DNA of 64,000 nucleotides from the NCBI GenBank assembly GCA_003557385.1, contig PWON01000040.1, positions 17,677 through 81,676 on the forward strand, given 5' to 3'. A program made the position numbers and the translations under genes. Below the pieces are notes generated by a model, which searched no databases, was not told where the DNA came from, and saw nothing but the letters and a program-made list of their open reading frames with translations. Of this stretch, positions 27,835 through 36,864 are shown one piece after another; position 1 is the first letter of the stretch, and every line of letters begins with the position of its first letter. The stretch is from Bacteroidales bacterium (lineage in GTDB: Bacteria > Bacteroidota > Bacteroidia > Bacteroidales > UBA7960).

Positions 27835-30800
27835 TCAGGGAACCAAAATCTTGGCGTATTTCCCCTCATCGGTTATCAAAAAATAAACCCCGCCGGCCAG
27901 GTCAGGTATGCTGATCTTTCTGGCACCTTGTTCAGACAATACAAGCCGCCCATAGACATCATACAGTCGCACATTATAGGCCTCCATAAAATATAAGACC
28001 CCATCAGTCACAGGATTGGGAAAAACAAACAGTTCATTTTTTTCAATATATTCAGGTGCAACCACACCGCGCAAAACTACATTGTCGAAACGGTTGTTGC
28101 CCGATGTATTGTCTGATTCGGGGCCCAAAAACAGTATCCGCAACAACAAATCCGGGTTATCTGCGGAATAGGCATAATTATACAGATTGAATGTCTTCAG
28201 ATTATAGTCGGTGGTGATGCGGTACTGGGCTCCCACACTGGCCCAGTTCTTTCCATTATCGGGAGAATATTGCAGCAACTGCCAGCGTGCACCATTGTTT
28301 GTCCGGTGCACCGCAAAAGAGAATTGCAGGTAATCAAAGCCATCGGAAGGGACTTTGAACCACAATTCACGTTGCCCGGAGGGATTCCTTACCCGGAGTC
28401 CGCTCCCCGCCGAAGCGTCCGACCAGGCATTCAGCCCGGTGCCCTCTACCTTGTCCATATATCCATCGCCCGTGCCATGATAGTAAACAAAGGCCCTTTG
28501 TTCTGTTGCACTATAGTCGGAAAATACCGTATCCAGGGTTGTACCGGGCAGGTTGTTGAAATGCCAGTAGTGTATCAGCTGATCATCGAATATTTTCAAC
28601 ACATAGGTTTGGCGTGCATGGGCTTGTCTGGCATCTGTCACCTCTGCCTCAAACACATAAGAACCTGTATATTTGGGAGTACCGGATATGGTGCCGTCTG
28701 CAGACAACTCCAGGCCTTGTGGCAGGCGGCCACCCACCTTCTCAAACCGGTAGGGGCTTTCACCGTAGCGGGCCATAAGCGAATAGGAATAATGTTCACG
28801 AATCCTGCCTGCAGGCGGATTGTGCTCGCTTAGTGTTAAAGGGGCGACCTTCAGCACCACATTGTCAAACCGGTTATTGCCCGAAGTATTGGCCGCCGCA
28901 TCATCGGTAAACAGTATTCGAATAAGCAGGTCCGGATTGTCGTTGGTTTCAGGATATTCGCTTAAGTCAAAGGCGTGCCTGACATAGTCAGTGGTAACAT
29001 GCACTTGCGGGGCAATGGGCTGCCAGCTGACCCCGTTATCGGGTGAAAAACAAACGGACTGAATCCGGGCGCCATTGTTTGTGCGACGCACAGCATAGGA
29101 AAAACCGAGATGATCATGGCCTGTACTGGGAACCCTGAACAGCAATGAACGCGTATTGGAGGGATTGCGCACCCTCAGGCCATAACCCGGCAGAACACCC
29201 ATATGTGCATTGAGCCCGGTCCCCTCCGAAACCCTGTCCATATACCCCGGGCCACTGCCCGGATAGGTGATCAGCGCCTCATCGGGATGCAGGCTGTAGT
29301 CCGCATTGACACTCTCCACAAAATCATCGTCCGGAAGGTCGTTGAAATGCCAGTAATGAATAATGCCGTCCCAGAAATGCGCTGTCAGGGTCGTGTCATG
29401 CTCCAGGGTGATGGTTGTCCGGGCAGGGGTTCCTTCCGGGAGACCTTCCCAATGGCTGAATACCATGCCGGGTTCAGGAATGGCTTCAATTTCCAGGGGT
29501 ACTCCGTGAAAATAAGTGCCGGTCCACTCACCCGGATCATCAACGCCCGGCAAACCGTCTTTTACCTGAATGGTGTTGATCCGGATACTTCCCCTGACGG
29601 GATTGGTTTTCAGGGTCACGTTACTGGTGTCGGGAAGCCCGAAGACATCCATCAATTCACTTTTTTGTCTGGATGGGCGACGGTTGAGAAAATCGCGCAT
29701 ATGATCCACATCGGGAATGGAGTTCCTGTTCCAGCGCCCCTGATCAATGGGTGCTTCATGACTGACCGCCTGGTGGCGTTTTTCCAAAACATCCAGGGCA
29801 TGGGCAGGAAGAAAATGGGTATTCATCAGATCTGCCATCCGGTTGATGAAACGGTGCCTGAACCATTCATTATCAGAGAGATTCAGAATGATAGCCGACG
29901 GTTCATTTTCCGGATCAAATACATCGGTAAGCAGGTCGTAATTATAGTCTGAAAATCCGTTGTCAAAATCCCAAATCATCATGCGCCATTTTCCGTCCTG
30001 GTATGGCTTTTGGGATCTCTCGCGAACTCTCCAGAAACGGAAGTGCTTGGCACCCACATGATCACGTCCGCCCCAGTCGCTATTTGCCAGGTAAATAAAA
30101 GAGAGGTAATAATCGATGTAGCTGTCCATGTCCATTTGGCCTGCAGCCATGTCAAACATGGTATCATCCGACATGTCGTTTTGTGTGACCAAACGATAGA
30201 ACATGTTAAAATACTCAAGGTCCTCAGGAACCCCTTCTTCCAATTGGCCGGTTCCGGTTATCTTATACGGGGAGTCTATGATGATGACATTATCCGGGTC
30301 TATATCGTATTCATATGCGATATGATAGCGGTCCTGGCGGTCGCGGAAATTCATCAGTCCCCAGTACACCCCGTTTACAAAGTGCACGGCCGGTTCTGTC
30401 CGCTGTATGCCCACATGGGTGTTTTGCATAAGGTCTTGTGCCACGACATCCCGTATGATACGGTTTCCGTTGCCTCCCGTCCGGAACAAAAGCCGTTTGA
30501 ATATGTCCGGGTCCTGGCCATCAATCGTTCGGCCCTGGCCGGGAAAAAAGATGTAGTGTATTTCGTTGTCAGTATCATAGATGTTTCGGGCATAAACCCG
30601 CAGGGATTTTTTGGGGTTTGAACGGCTCCAGCCGCCATGGATGCGCATGCCCAAATTTTGGCGCAGCAGTGCCGATCCTCCTGCATCAAATATTTCAAGA
30701 TGCATTTCCCGCTCCCATCCGAAGCCCCTGTATCCCCAGTTTGCCGGGGCAGCAGGCCAGATCTCCCTGTCAGGGTGTTCTTTCCTCCAATTGTCAAACG

Positions 30801-31833
30801 CTTTGCCTGCAACATATATACCACGGTTATACTCAAACAGCGAGGTATCGGGAATGGCGACAGACACTACAGGCAAATCAAAACGATCAAAGATGCCTTC
30901 TCCCGGCAAATAGGTATGTGTGGCCACCTTGCCCGGCAAATAGCCTTCCCTGTATGCCCTTGCCCTTACAACCACGCCTTCGGCAACCTCATCCTGGGGT
31001 ACCAGGGGCGTTACGGTAAAAGAGGTGTTGATCAGATGAATTCCGTCAGGATTGCCCGTCTGATCCAGAATGTGAATAGGATCCGAATATTTGTAGGTTC
31101 TGAAAGACCTTTCCAGAAACGGGCCAAAGGGAGTTCCGGGATATTGCGGATACCGGTTTTTATATTGAAAAGTGGTTCCTCCCACGTTGGCAGAATCAGG
31201 CACGGATCCATCAAGGGTATAATAGATCATTGTTTCATCCCCGGCCGACAACTCGAGAAAAAAGTCGGACGCATAAAACCCTCCCGGATGTGAAAAATCG
31301 GGAGGCCCCTGTATTCCTTCCCATGGATTCGTAGTATTTGCAGTTCCCGGTGTAGGCTCATCAAAAAAATACCAGCTGCTTACATCACCCGGAATGCGCC
31401 CAATGGTTATCCCGGTTGGGATATTGACCGGCTCCAACTCATCGACAATGGTTCCATCGGGGGATGTAAGCAATACCTCCTCCCCTGCCGAACTGATAGA
31501 AAAAATGGTGTGCAGCGGCTTTCCAGGCACCCTGCGGTTTTTTCCCGAAGCCCATACCAGCAAATACTCCCCTGCACCAATGACCACCTCAGGAAAACAC
31601 CATCTGAACAGATCCCCATAATCGTCCGAAAGGCCAAAACCTTCCAGGTTAATATCCTCTTCACCATAATTGTAAAGTTCAATCCAGTCTTCATGATCCC
31701 CGTCTTCATCGGCTATGGTACCGGCATTGGAGGCCATCACCTCATTGATGATAATATCTTGCCCCCGGCCCTGATTAGACACGATCAACACCATAAAAAA
31801 AATCAATATGAACCTCCGATCAGGAAAAGTCAT
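27835..31833 (-). CDS. Giant secreted CotH-kinase-family protein 2 (LTD, CotH core, two HYWHFN modules, Ig-like domain, T9SS C-terminal domain)
   Basis: The ORF runs to 31857 (GTG). The first ATG, at 31833, overlaps the upstream stop as ATGA. The lamin-tail-like domain reads IIINEVMASN..EDWIELYN..GFGLSDD. The CotH core has LFRTGGNGN, VNGVYWGLMN and a divergent NSDWGGRDHVGAKHFRFWR / WDFDNGF. The T9SS tail reads FPNPVTDG...GVYFLIT. Confidence 0.85.
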   Translation of the reverse strand: MTFPDRRFILIFFMVLIVSNQGRGQDIIINEVMASNAGTIADEDGDHEDWIELYNYGEEDINLEGFGLSDDYGDLFRWCFPEVVIGAGEYLLVWASGKNRRVPGKPLHTIFSISSAGEEVLLTSPDGTIVDELEPVNIPTGITIGRIPGDVSSWYFFDEPTPGTANTTNPWEGIQGPPDFSHPGGFYASDFFLELSAGDETMIYYTLDGSVPDSANVGGTTFQYKNRYPQYPGTPFGPFLERSFRTYKYSDPIHILDQTGNPDGIHLINTSFTVTPLVPQDEVAEGVVVRARAYREGYLPGKVATHTYLPGEGIFDRFDLPVVSVAIPDTSLFEYNRGIYVAGKAFDNWRKEHPDREIWPAAPANWGYRGFGWEREMHLEIFDAGGSALLRQNLGMRIHGGWSRSNPKKSLRVYARNIYDTDNEIHYIFFPGQGRTIDGQDPDIFKRLLFRTGGNGNRIIRDVVAQDLMQNTHVGIQRTEPAVHFVNGVYWGLMNFRDRQDRYHIAYEYDIDPDNVIIIDSPYKITGTGQLEEGVPEDLEYFNMFYRLVTQNDMSDDTMFDMAAGQMDMDSYIDYYLSFIYLANSDWGGRDHVGAKHFRFWRVRERSQKPYQDGKWRMMIWDFDNGFSDYNYDLLTDVFDPENEPSAIILNLSDNEWFRHRFINRMADLMNTHFLPAHALDVLEKRHQAVSHEAPIDQGRWNRNSIPDVDHMRDFLNRRPSRQKSELMDVFGLPDTSNVTLKTNPVRGSIRINTIQVKDGLPGVDDPGEWTGTYFHGVPLEIEAIPEPGMVFSHWEGLPEGTPARTTITLEHDTTLTAHFWDGIIHYWHFNDLPDDDFVESVNADYSLHPDEALITYPGSGPGYMDRVSEGTGLNAHMGVLPGYGLRVRNPSNTRSLLFRVPSTGHDHLGFSYAVRRTNNGARIQSVCFSPDNGVSWQPIAPQVHVTTDYVRHAFDLSEYPETNDNPDLLIRILFTDDAAANTSGNNRFDNVVLKVAPLTLSEHNPPAGRIREHYSYSLMARYGESPYRFEKVGGRLPQGLELSADGTISGTPKYTGSYVFEAEVTDARQAHARQTYVLKIFDDQLIHYWHFNNLPGTTLDTVFSDYSATEQRAFVYYHGTGDGYMDKVEGTGLNAWSDASAGSGLRVRNPSGQRELWFKVPSDGFDYLQFSFAVHRTNNGARWQLLQYSPDNGKNWASVGAQYRITTDYNLKTFNLYNYAYSADNPDLLLRILFLGPESDNTSGNNRFDNVVLRGVVAPEYIEKNELFVFPNPVTDGVLYFMEAYNVRLYDVYGRLVLSEQGARKISIPDLAGGVYFLITDEGKYAKILVP

Positions 31834-34800
31834 CGCATCACCTGTAATTTTTTCCACACCGTGGCATTGTCTGTCCGAATAACCACAATATACATGCCGT
31901 TCCGGAAAGCCTGTGTATTGATGTTGTGACTAAAGGCATTCACGGCCTGGTGTTGGTATACTTCCTGGCCGGAGAGGTTGTAGATGTGAACGCTTTTGAT
32001 GGTCTCAAGCATTGCAATGCTGGTCATTTCATTGGCAGGATTTGGATACAGAACAGCCTGATCTTTGTAATCGTCAATAATCTCGGCATTCAGGGAAAAA
32101 CTTACCTGAAGCTGATGATTGTCGTGGATGTTTGTCATTAAAAATTTTGCACTGCCTTCTCCTGCCGGCTCAATCTCTCCCAAAACGCTCTCGCCATCCA
32201 GGGTGAGATCGCCGATGTGATGATTCTCGAAGGGAATGATCAAAAATTCAATTTCTGCACCCTGGTAGACGGGGATCTTGCCCGAAGGGAAAATACTGCC
32301 ATGGGCACCCGATAGGGCATGTACAACAAATGACCCTACAGATATCCCATCCAGGCTGATGTTATTGAAGGTGACCCGGTTGCCGGCATCTGCATGCATT
32401 TGATCTCCGTCAAAGCGGATCCGGACTTTAAAATGTGGGTTGTTTCCTGTTTCCGGGATTTGACTGAAATCAATTTCATACAGCTGATAGACCTGCTGGA
32501 GGGGCAATTGATGCTCCGAAAGGCCTGCCGTGGTCCATACTTCATGTTCCTCCCCGGTCTGATAATCGATCAGGAGCATTTCTGCAGCCCCTTCATCCAT
32601 GACAGCGAACCGCAGGATGATGTCTGAAAATCCGGTGGTCGGCAAATGCAGGATCATGGTATTTTCCCTGCCGTTATCTGCAAAAGGCTGCCTGACCTGC
32701 AAGCCCCGCATATTGGCCTGGTGATAGGGAATGCCGTGATTGCCTTCAGGACGGTAGTTGATGGCCGTGGGCCGATTGCGACGTTCCATTGATGCCTTGC
32801 GCCACAAGGGGTGGGACGCATCAAAAGGGTAACCTTCCAGGGAACTGTGGTACTCAATCATCCCGTCGTCGCGGACGCCGTAAAAAGCCTCCAGTGTCAT
32901 TAAGGGTGTATCGTTTGGCATACTTGTATCAAACAGCCAGTAATGGATCAGCACCGGGGTGTCAATTTTTTCAAAATGAGCGGTTAACTGGATGTCCTGG
33001 TCTATATCCACAGACAGTGTTGGTTCGTTTGAATAAAAAGAACCTTCCCAGTGCGAAAATTCAAAACCCGGCACCGCCACAGCACTTACCTCGATGGGAA
33101 CCCCGGCAAAATATCTGCCCTGCCATGGAAATGGATATTCCGGCACACCCGGAGTAGTTGGTTTGATATCCACGGTATTGATCCGGATATGGCCCTTAAG
33201 CTGGTTGGATACATCCACCGTCAACCGGTACATGCCATCCAGGTCAAAATATTCAAGGATATGCTGTCTTTGATATTGAGGGCGTTTTTCTGCAAATTCA
33301 AGCATGATGTCCACATGTTCAAGCCATTGCCCATATCCATCAGGATATCCCCAACGGGCATAGTGTTCGGCAATTTCAGGTGCAATGGCCTCTTGCATAC
33401 GCTGAATGACATCCACCGTCCTGTCAGGGTGAAAAGCCGTATTCAACTGATCCGCAAAACGGTTGATAAACTGGTTGCGGAATGTTTGGTTCTTCAGCAT
33501 GCTTCTGAGAAGGAAAGTGGACCAGGGCGGATTGGGCCATTCATGACCTTCTTCGGTGGTGGCAAATTCAAGGGTGTTGTGCTTATATGCCCGGTTCTCC
33601 CCCACCAGGTCAACAAGGCCAAAGCCAAAATCCATATCGAAAAGCATCCAGCGCCACCTCCCATCGTGCCCGGGAGGTGCGCCGGCCACATAAGTGCTGG
33701 TGCGCAGCCGCCAGAAATCGATATTGTTTCCCGGCCAGTCGGTATTGTCGGCAAAAATATTGGCAATCTGGTAATCCATGAAGTTCTGCTCATCGATGCG
33801 TGTCAGCACCCAGGCATAATGCGCATCGCTTTCCACACCGTGGTTTTCAATGTATTGAATGGTTGCCTTGAAGTGCAGGTTGTCCCCCTCCTTTACCTCA
33901 TCCTTTCCTGTAAGCAAATCGATGTTTTCTTCATCCACGCCGTAGTTCCGGTGCAGATAATGTTTGTCATACCGCTCACGGATATTCTGCAACCCCCAGT
34001 ATTCGCCGTTTAGAAACAGGATGGCCGGACGATAGGCCTGGGTATCAAAACGCATATGCTGCAAAATATGCTGAATGGCCGCATCGCGGAACATGGTTCG
34101 TGAAGAATAGTCGGGCCGCCAGATATCTGTCGGAAAATCATTGCCGGAATTTCTTAATATCAGGCGTTTATACGACTGTTGTTGGGTTTCGAAGAAATCA
34201 TGGGTAAGGTGGGAGTTGCCGTACCGGTTACGGGCATAAAGCCTCAGTGATTTCATGGGAAACGACCGGGTGGCGCCTCCGTGTATGCGCAGGCCGATAT
34301 CCTGTGCAAGCACCCGTTCTTTCCCGGGATGCTCAAACAATTCAATATGGGCGGGATATTCCCATTCAACACCCCGGCGGTGGAAATTGCCGTAAAAGGG
34401 CCAGGCAAACACTTCGCCGGGATTGTCGATGCGCCACTGGTCGGCATCCACTCCAGGGGTATAAATGCCCTGGTGATAATCAAAGAGGTAGTTTTCCTGA
34501 ACATTGATGGCAATGACCGGCAAATCAAAACGCGCATCGCCCTCCGGAGAAATAAAATAGCTGTGGCTGATGATCTCGCCGGGCAAGTAGCCTTCCTTGA
34601 ATGCGCGGGCACGCACTACCGTACCTTTATACACCGGATCATCAGGCATGTATAGTGGCGGATGGATGGTGCCGGATATGCGGGTCAGTTTGTCTGCATC
34701 CTGCGAACGGTCTTCAATGGCAATGCCACCATCAAACACTTCTGATATGAAGCTGTGTTCAAGAAATTCACCAAACGGGTCACCGGGGAAAAAAGGATAG

Positions 34801-35516
34801 TCGTTTTTATATTGATAAGTGATGCCCCCAATATGCTGGATGCATGGTTCGGAGCCATCTCTCGTATATACAATGATGACCTCAGGATCGGCATGATGTA
34901 TCTCCAATTGAAAACCACCGGTATAAAAACCACCCGGAACGGAAAAAACCGGGGGCTCCAGGATACCTGCATAACCTTCAGTGGTATTTGACATCCCGGG
35001 CGTGGGATCACTGAAAAAGTACCACGCATGTCCGCCATCGGGTTGCCGCCCATAAGAAATATCAGTCGGAATGGGAATTGGAGCCAGTTCATCTGCCCTG
35101 GTGCCATCCGGGTGGGTGATCAGCACCTCCTCTCCGGCTGCACTGATACTGAAATTTGTATGCAAGGGCTGTGCCGGGTTGCTCCGGTTTTTCACGGAAG
35201 CCCAGATCAGCAGGAATGCGCCCGCTTCGATGGTGATATCCGGGATCACCCACCTGTATGGATTGTCGTAATCATCCGAAAGGCCATAACCTGCCAGATT
35301 TATGGGTGTGTCACCGGCATTATAAAGCTCTATCCAGTCTTCATAATCACCGTCCTCGTCGGCAATGGTCACGGCATTGGAAGCCATAATCTCATTGATG
35401 ACAACCTGTTGTGACCAGGCCCGCGGCGAGGCAAAGATGATCATGCCCAGAAACAATACAGACCACCAGCAGCGATAAGCCACTCTATTTATTCCAACAA
35501 GCCCCGAACCAATCAT
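31830..35516 (-). CDS. Giant secreted CotH-kinase-family protein 3 (LTD, CotH core, one divergent HYW module, InlB-B-repeat-like domain, T9SS C-terminal domain)
   Basis: The ORF runs to 35534 (TTG); the first ATG is at 35516. The LTD reads VVINEIMASN..EDWIELYN..GYGLSDD. CotH motifs are ILRNSGNDF, LNGEYWGLQN, NTDWPGNNIDFWRL and FDMDFGFG. The T9SS tail reads YPNPANEM...GMYIVVI. Confidence 0.85.
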   Translation of the reverse strand: MIGSGLVGINRVAYRCWWSVLFLGMIIFASPRAWSQQVVINEIMASNAVTIADEDGDYEDWIELYNAGDTPINLAGYGLSDDYDNPYRWVIPDITIEAGAFLLIWASVKNRSNPAQPLHTNFSISAAGEEVLITHPDGTRADELAPIPIPTDISYGRQPDGGHAWYFFSDPTPGMSNTTEGYAGILEPPVFSVPGGFYTGGFQLEIHHADPEVIIVYTRDGSEPCIQHIGGITYQYKNDYPFFPGDPFGEFLEHSFISEVFDGGIAIEDRSQDADKLTRISGTIHPPLYMPDDPVYKGTVVRARAFKEGYLPGEIISHSYFISPEGDARFDLPVIAINVQENYLFDYHQGIYTPGVDADQWRIDNPGEVFAWPFYGNFHRRGVEWEYPAHIELFEHPGKERVLAQDIGLRIHGGATRSFPMKSLRLYARNRYGNSHLTHDFFETQQQSYKRLILRNSGNDFPTDIWRPDYSSRTMFRDAAIQHILQHMRFDTQAYRPAILFLNGEYWGLQNIRERYDKHYLHRNYGVDEENIDLLTGKDEVKEGDNLHFKATIQYIENHGVESDAHYAWVLTRIDEQNFMDYQIANIFADNTDWPGNNIDFWRLRTSTYVAGAPPGHDGRWRWMLFDMDFGFGLVDLVGENRAYKHNTLEFATTEEGHEWPNPPWSTFLLRSMLKNQTFRNQFINRFADQLNTAFHPDRTVDVIQRMQEAIAPEIAEHYARWGYPDGYGQWLEHVDIMLEFAEKRPQYQRQHILEYFDLDGMYRLTVDVSNQLKGHIRINTVDIKPTTPGVPEYPFPWQGRYFAGVPIEVSAVAVPGFEFSHWEGSFYSNEPTLSVDIDQDIQLTAHFEKIDTPVLIHYWLFDTSMPNDTPLMTLEAFYGVRDDGMIEYHSSLEGYPFDASHPLWRKASMERRNRPTAINYRPEGNHGIPYHQANMRGLQVRQPFADNGRENTMILHLPTTGFSDIILRFAVMDEGAAEMLLIDYQTGEEHEVWTTAGLSEHQLPLQQVYQLYEIDFSQIPETGNNPHFKVRIRFDGDQMHADAGNRVTFNNISLDGISVGSFVVHALSGAHGSIFPSGKIPVYQGAEIEFLIIPFENHHIGDLTLDGESVLGEIEPAGEGSAKFLMTNIHDNHQLQVSFSLNAEIIDDYKDQAVLYPNPANEMTSIAMLETIKSVHIYNLSGQEVYQHQAVNAFSHNINTQAFRNGMYIVVIRTDNATVWKKLQVMR

Positions 35517-35596
35517 TTGCCAATTACTTAACAACTACAAGCCATGATCAATAGCTACTTAAAACACACATGCCAACAGGTTGCTCCGGAAAAAAC

Positions 35597-36193
35597 CTAG
35601 CTGCAAAGCATCTCCTTCAGCGCCTCATACACCTTATGCACAGGCAAACCCATCACATTGTGGTAAGATCCCTGAATGCCGGTAATGCCAATGTATCCTA
35701 TCCACTCCTGGATGCCATATGCACCTGCCTTGTCATAGGGAGCAAAATGTTCAATGTAATACGATATCTCTTCGGCAGCCAGCTTTCGGAATGTAACCAG
35801 CGAATGGTCGCAAAACAGCCTCTCGTCGTCACCATGGCGAATGCACACCCCTGTATACACTTCATGGGTGCTTCCCGACAATTCACTCAACATGTTAAAA
35901 GCCTGTTCTGCCCCGGCCGGTTTGTTAATGATCTTTCCGTGCTGCACCACAATGGTGTCGGCCGTGATCACCACCACCCCGGGCCTTTTCAGTTCATCTC
36001 CGAAGCAGCTTATTTTTTGCCGGCACAAATGCGCCACCACACCGGCAGGAGGCAAATGTTCCGGATACAATTCGGCGGTGGGCCTGGCCATGATCCGGAA
36101 AGGGATCCCGGCACCTTCCAGCAATGCTTTTCGACGGGGAGACTGGGAGGCCAGGATGATGTCGTATTGTGTAAACCTTTCAAGACAGTACAT
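35597..36193 (-). CDS. maf: Maf family nucleoside-triphosphate pyrophosphatase
   Basis: 198 aa with the motifs ILASQSPRRKALL, ITADTIV and AGAYGIQ. Confidence 0.88.
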   Translation of the reverse strand: MYCLERFTQYDIILASQSPRRKALLEGAGIPFRIMARPTAELYPEHLPPAGVVAHLCRQKISCFGDELKRPGVVVITADTIVVQHGKIINKPAGAEQAFNMLSELSGSTHEVYTGVCIRHGDDERLFCDHSLVTFRKLAAEEISYYIEHFAPYDKAGAYGIQEWIGYIGITGIQGSYHNVMGLPVHKVYEALKEMLCS

Positions 36194-36205
36194 ACAAACG
36201 TTTCA

Positions 36206-36727
36206 TTACCAGAGAAAGCCATCGTCGTCAAACCAGGTGCCATGTACTTTCATCACCTGTTCTATTACATCGCGCACACAACCATTGCCGCCCTCAAATG
36301 AGGAGATATATTTGGAAACAGCCTTGATCTCCTCCACGGCATTGGCCGGACAGGCGGGCACTCCCACCTTATTCATGACCTTGAAATCAGGGATGTCATC
36401 ACCCATATACAAAACCCTGACAGGATCCAGTTTATTATCTGACAACAATTTTTCAAAAAGTTTCAGCTTGTTTCCCACGCCCAGATACACCTCATCAATC
36501 CCCAAAAGCTGAAAGCGATGCCTGACAGATTCACAACTGCCACCTGAAATAATGATGATTTGGTAGCCTTTTCTGACTGCCAGCTGCAGCGCATAACCAT
36601 CTTTTACATTCATGCTGCGAAGCATTTCTCCACCCGGGCTCAGTAAAACAATGCCGCTCGTCATCACCCCATCCACATCAAAAATAAAGGTGTTGATGTT
36701 CGACAAAAGTTGCTTGTAGTTCTTCAT
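36206..36727 (-). CDS. kdsC: 3-deoxy-D-manno-octulosonate-8-phosphate phosphatase (HAD, KdsC type)
   Basis: 173 aa with the motifs FIFDVDGVMT, DGYALQ, IISGG and YMGDDIPD. Confidence 0.85.
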   Translation of the reverse strand: MKNYKQLLSNINTFIFDVDGVMTSGIVLLSPGGEMLRSMNVKDGYALQLAVRKGYQIIIISGGSCESVRHRFQLLGIDEVYLGVGNKLKLFEKLLSDNKLDPVRVLYMGDDIPDFKVMNKVGVPACPANAVEEIKAVSKYISSFEGGNGCVRDVIEQVMKVHGTWFDDDGFLW

Positions 36728-36864
36728 ATGTACATAATTTTAATATTCCGGCAACATAAACCGGGACACTTGCGGACTTGCCGGGGCAAGTTCCATAATA
36801 TGATCAGTCCACTGTATGTCAAGCCGGATGTAAAGGCTGTTTCAAAAAAAACATTATTTTTTAA

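Noticed and set aside
27476-28105. Inverted homologous segments at the converging 3' ends of CotH-1 and CotH-2 (GNNRFDNVVL-coding regions about 570 bp apart) as an invertible or mobile element
   Set aside because: Nucleotide identity is only about 80 percent over short stretches (25/30 in the best window I compared). No recombinase or terminal repeats are present, so it is simply paralogy.
29203-34013. Long plus-strand ORFs inside the CotH-2 and CotH-3 genes (e.g. 29203..29952, 30010..30621, 30637..31293, 33051..34013)
   Set aside because: These are antisense shadow ORFs of strongly supported minus-strand genes. Their sequences are low-complexity and R/G/H-rich, with no motifs or start context.
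35570-36512. Plus-strand ORFs of 243 aa and 223 aa opposite maf and kdsC
   Set aside because: Both are antisense to two well-supported genes and have no motifs.
36776-36791. Hairpin ACTTGCC-GG-GGCAAGT between the DUF2520 gene and kdsC as a terminator
   Set aside because: The loop is too small and no U-tract follows on the transcribed (minus) strand.
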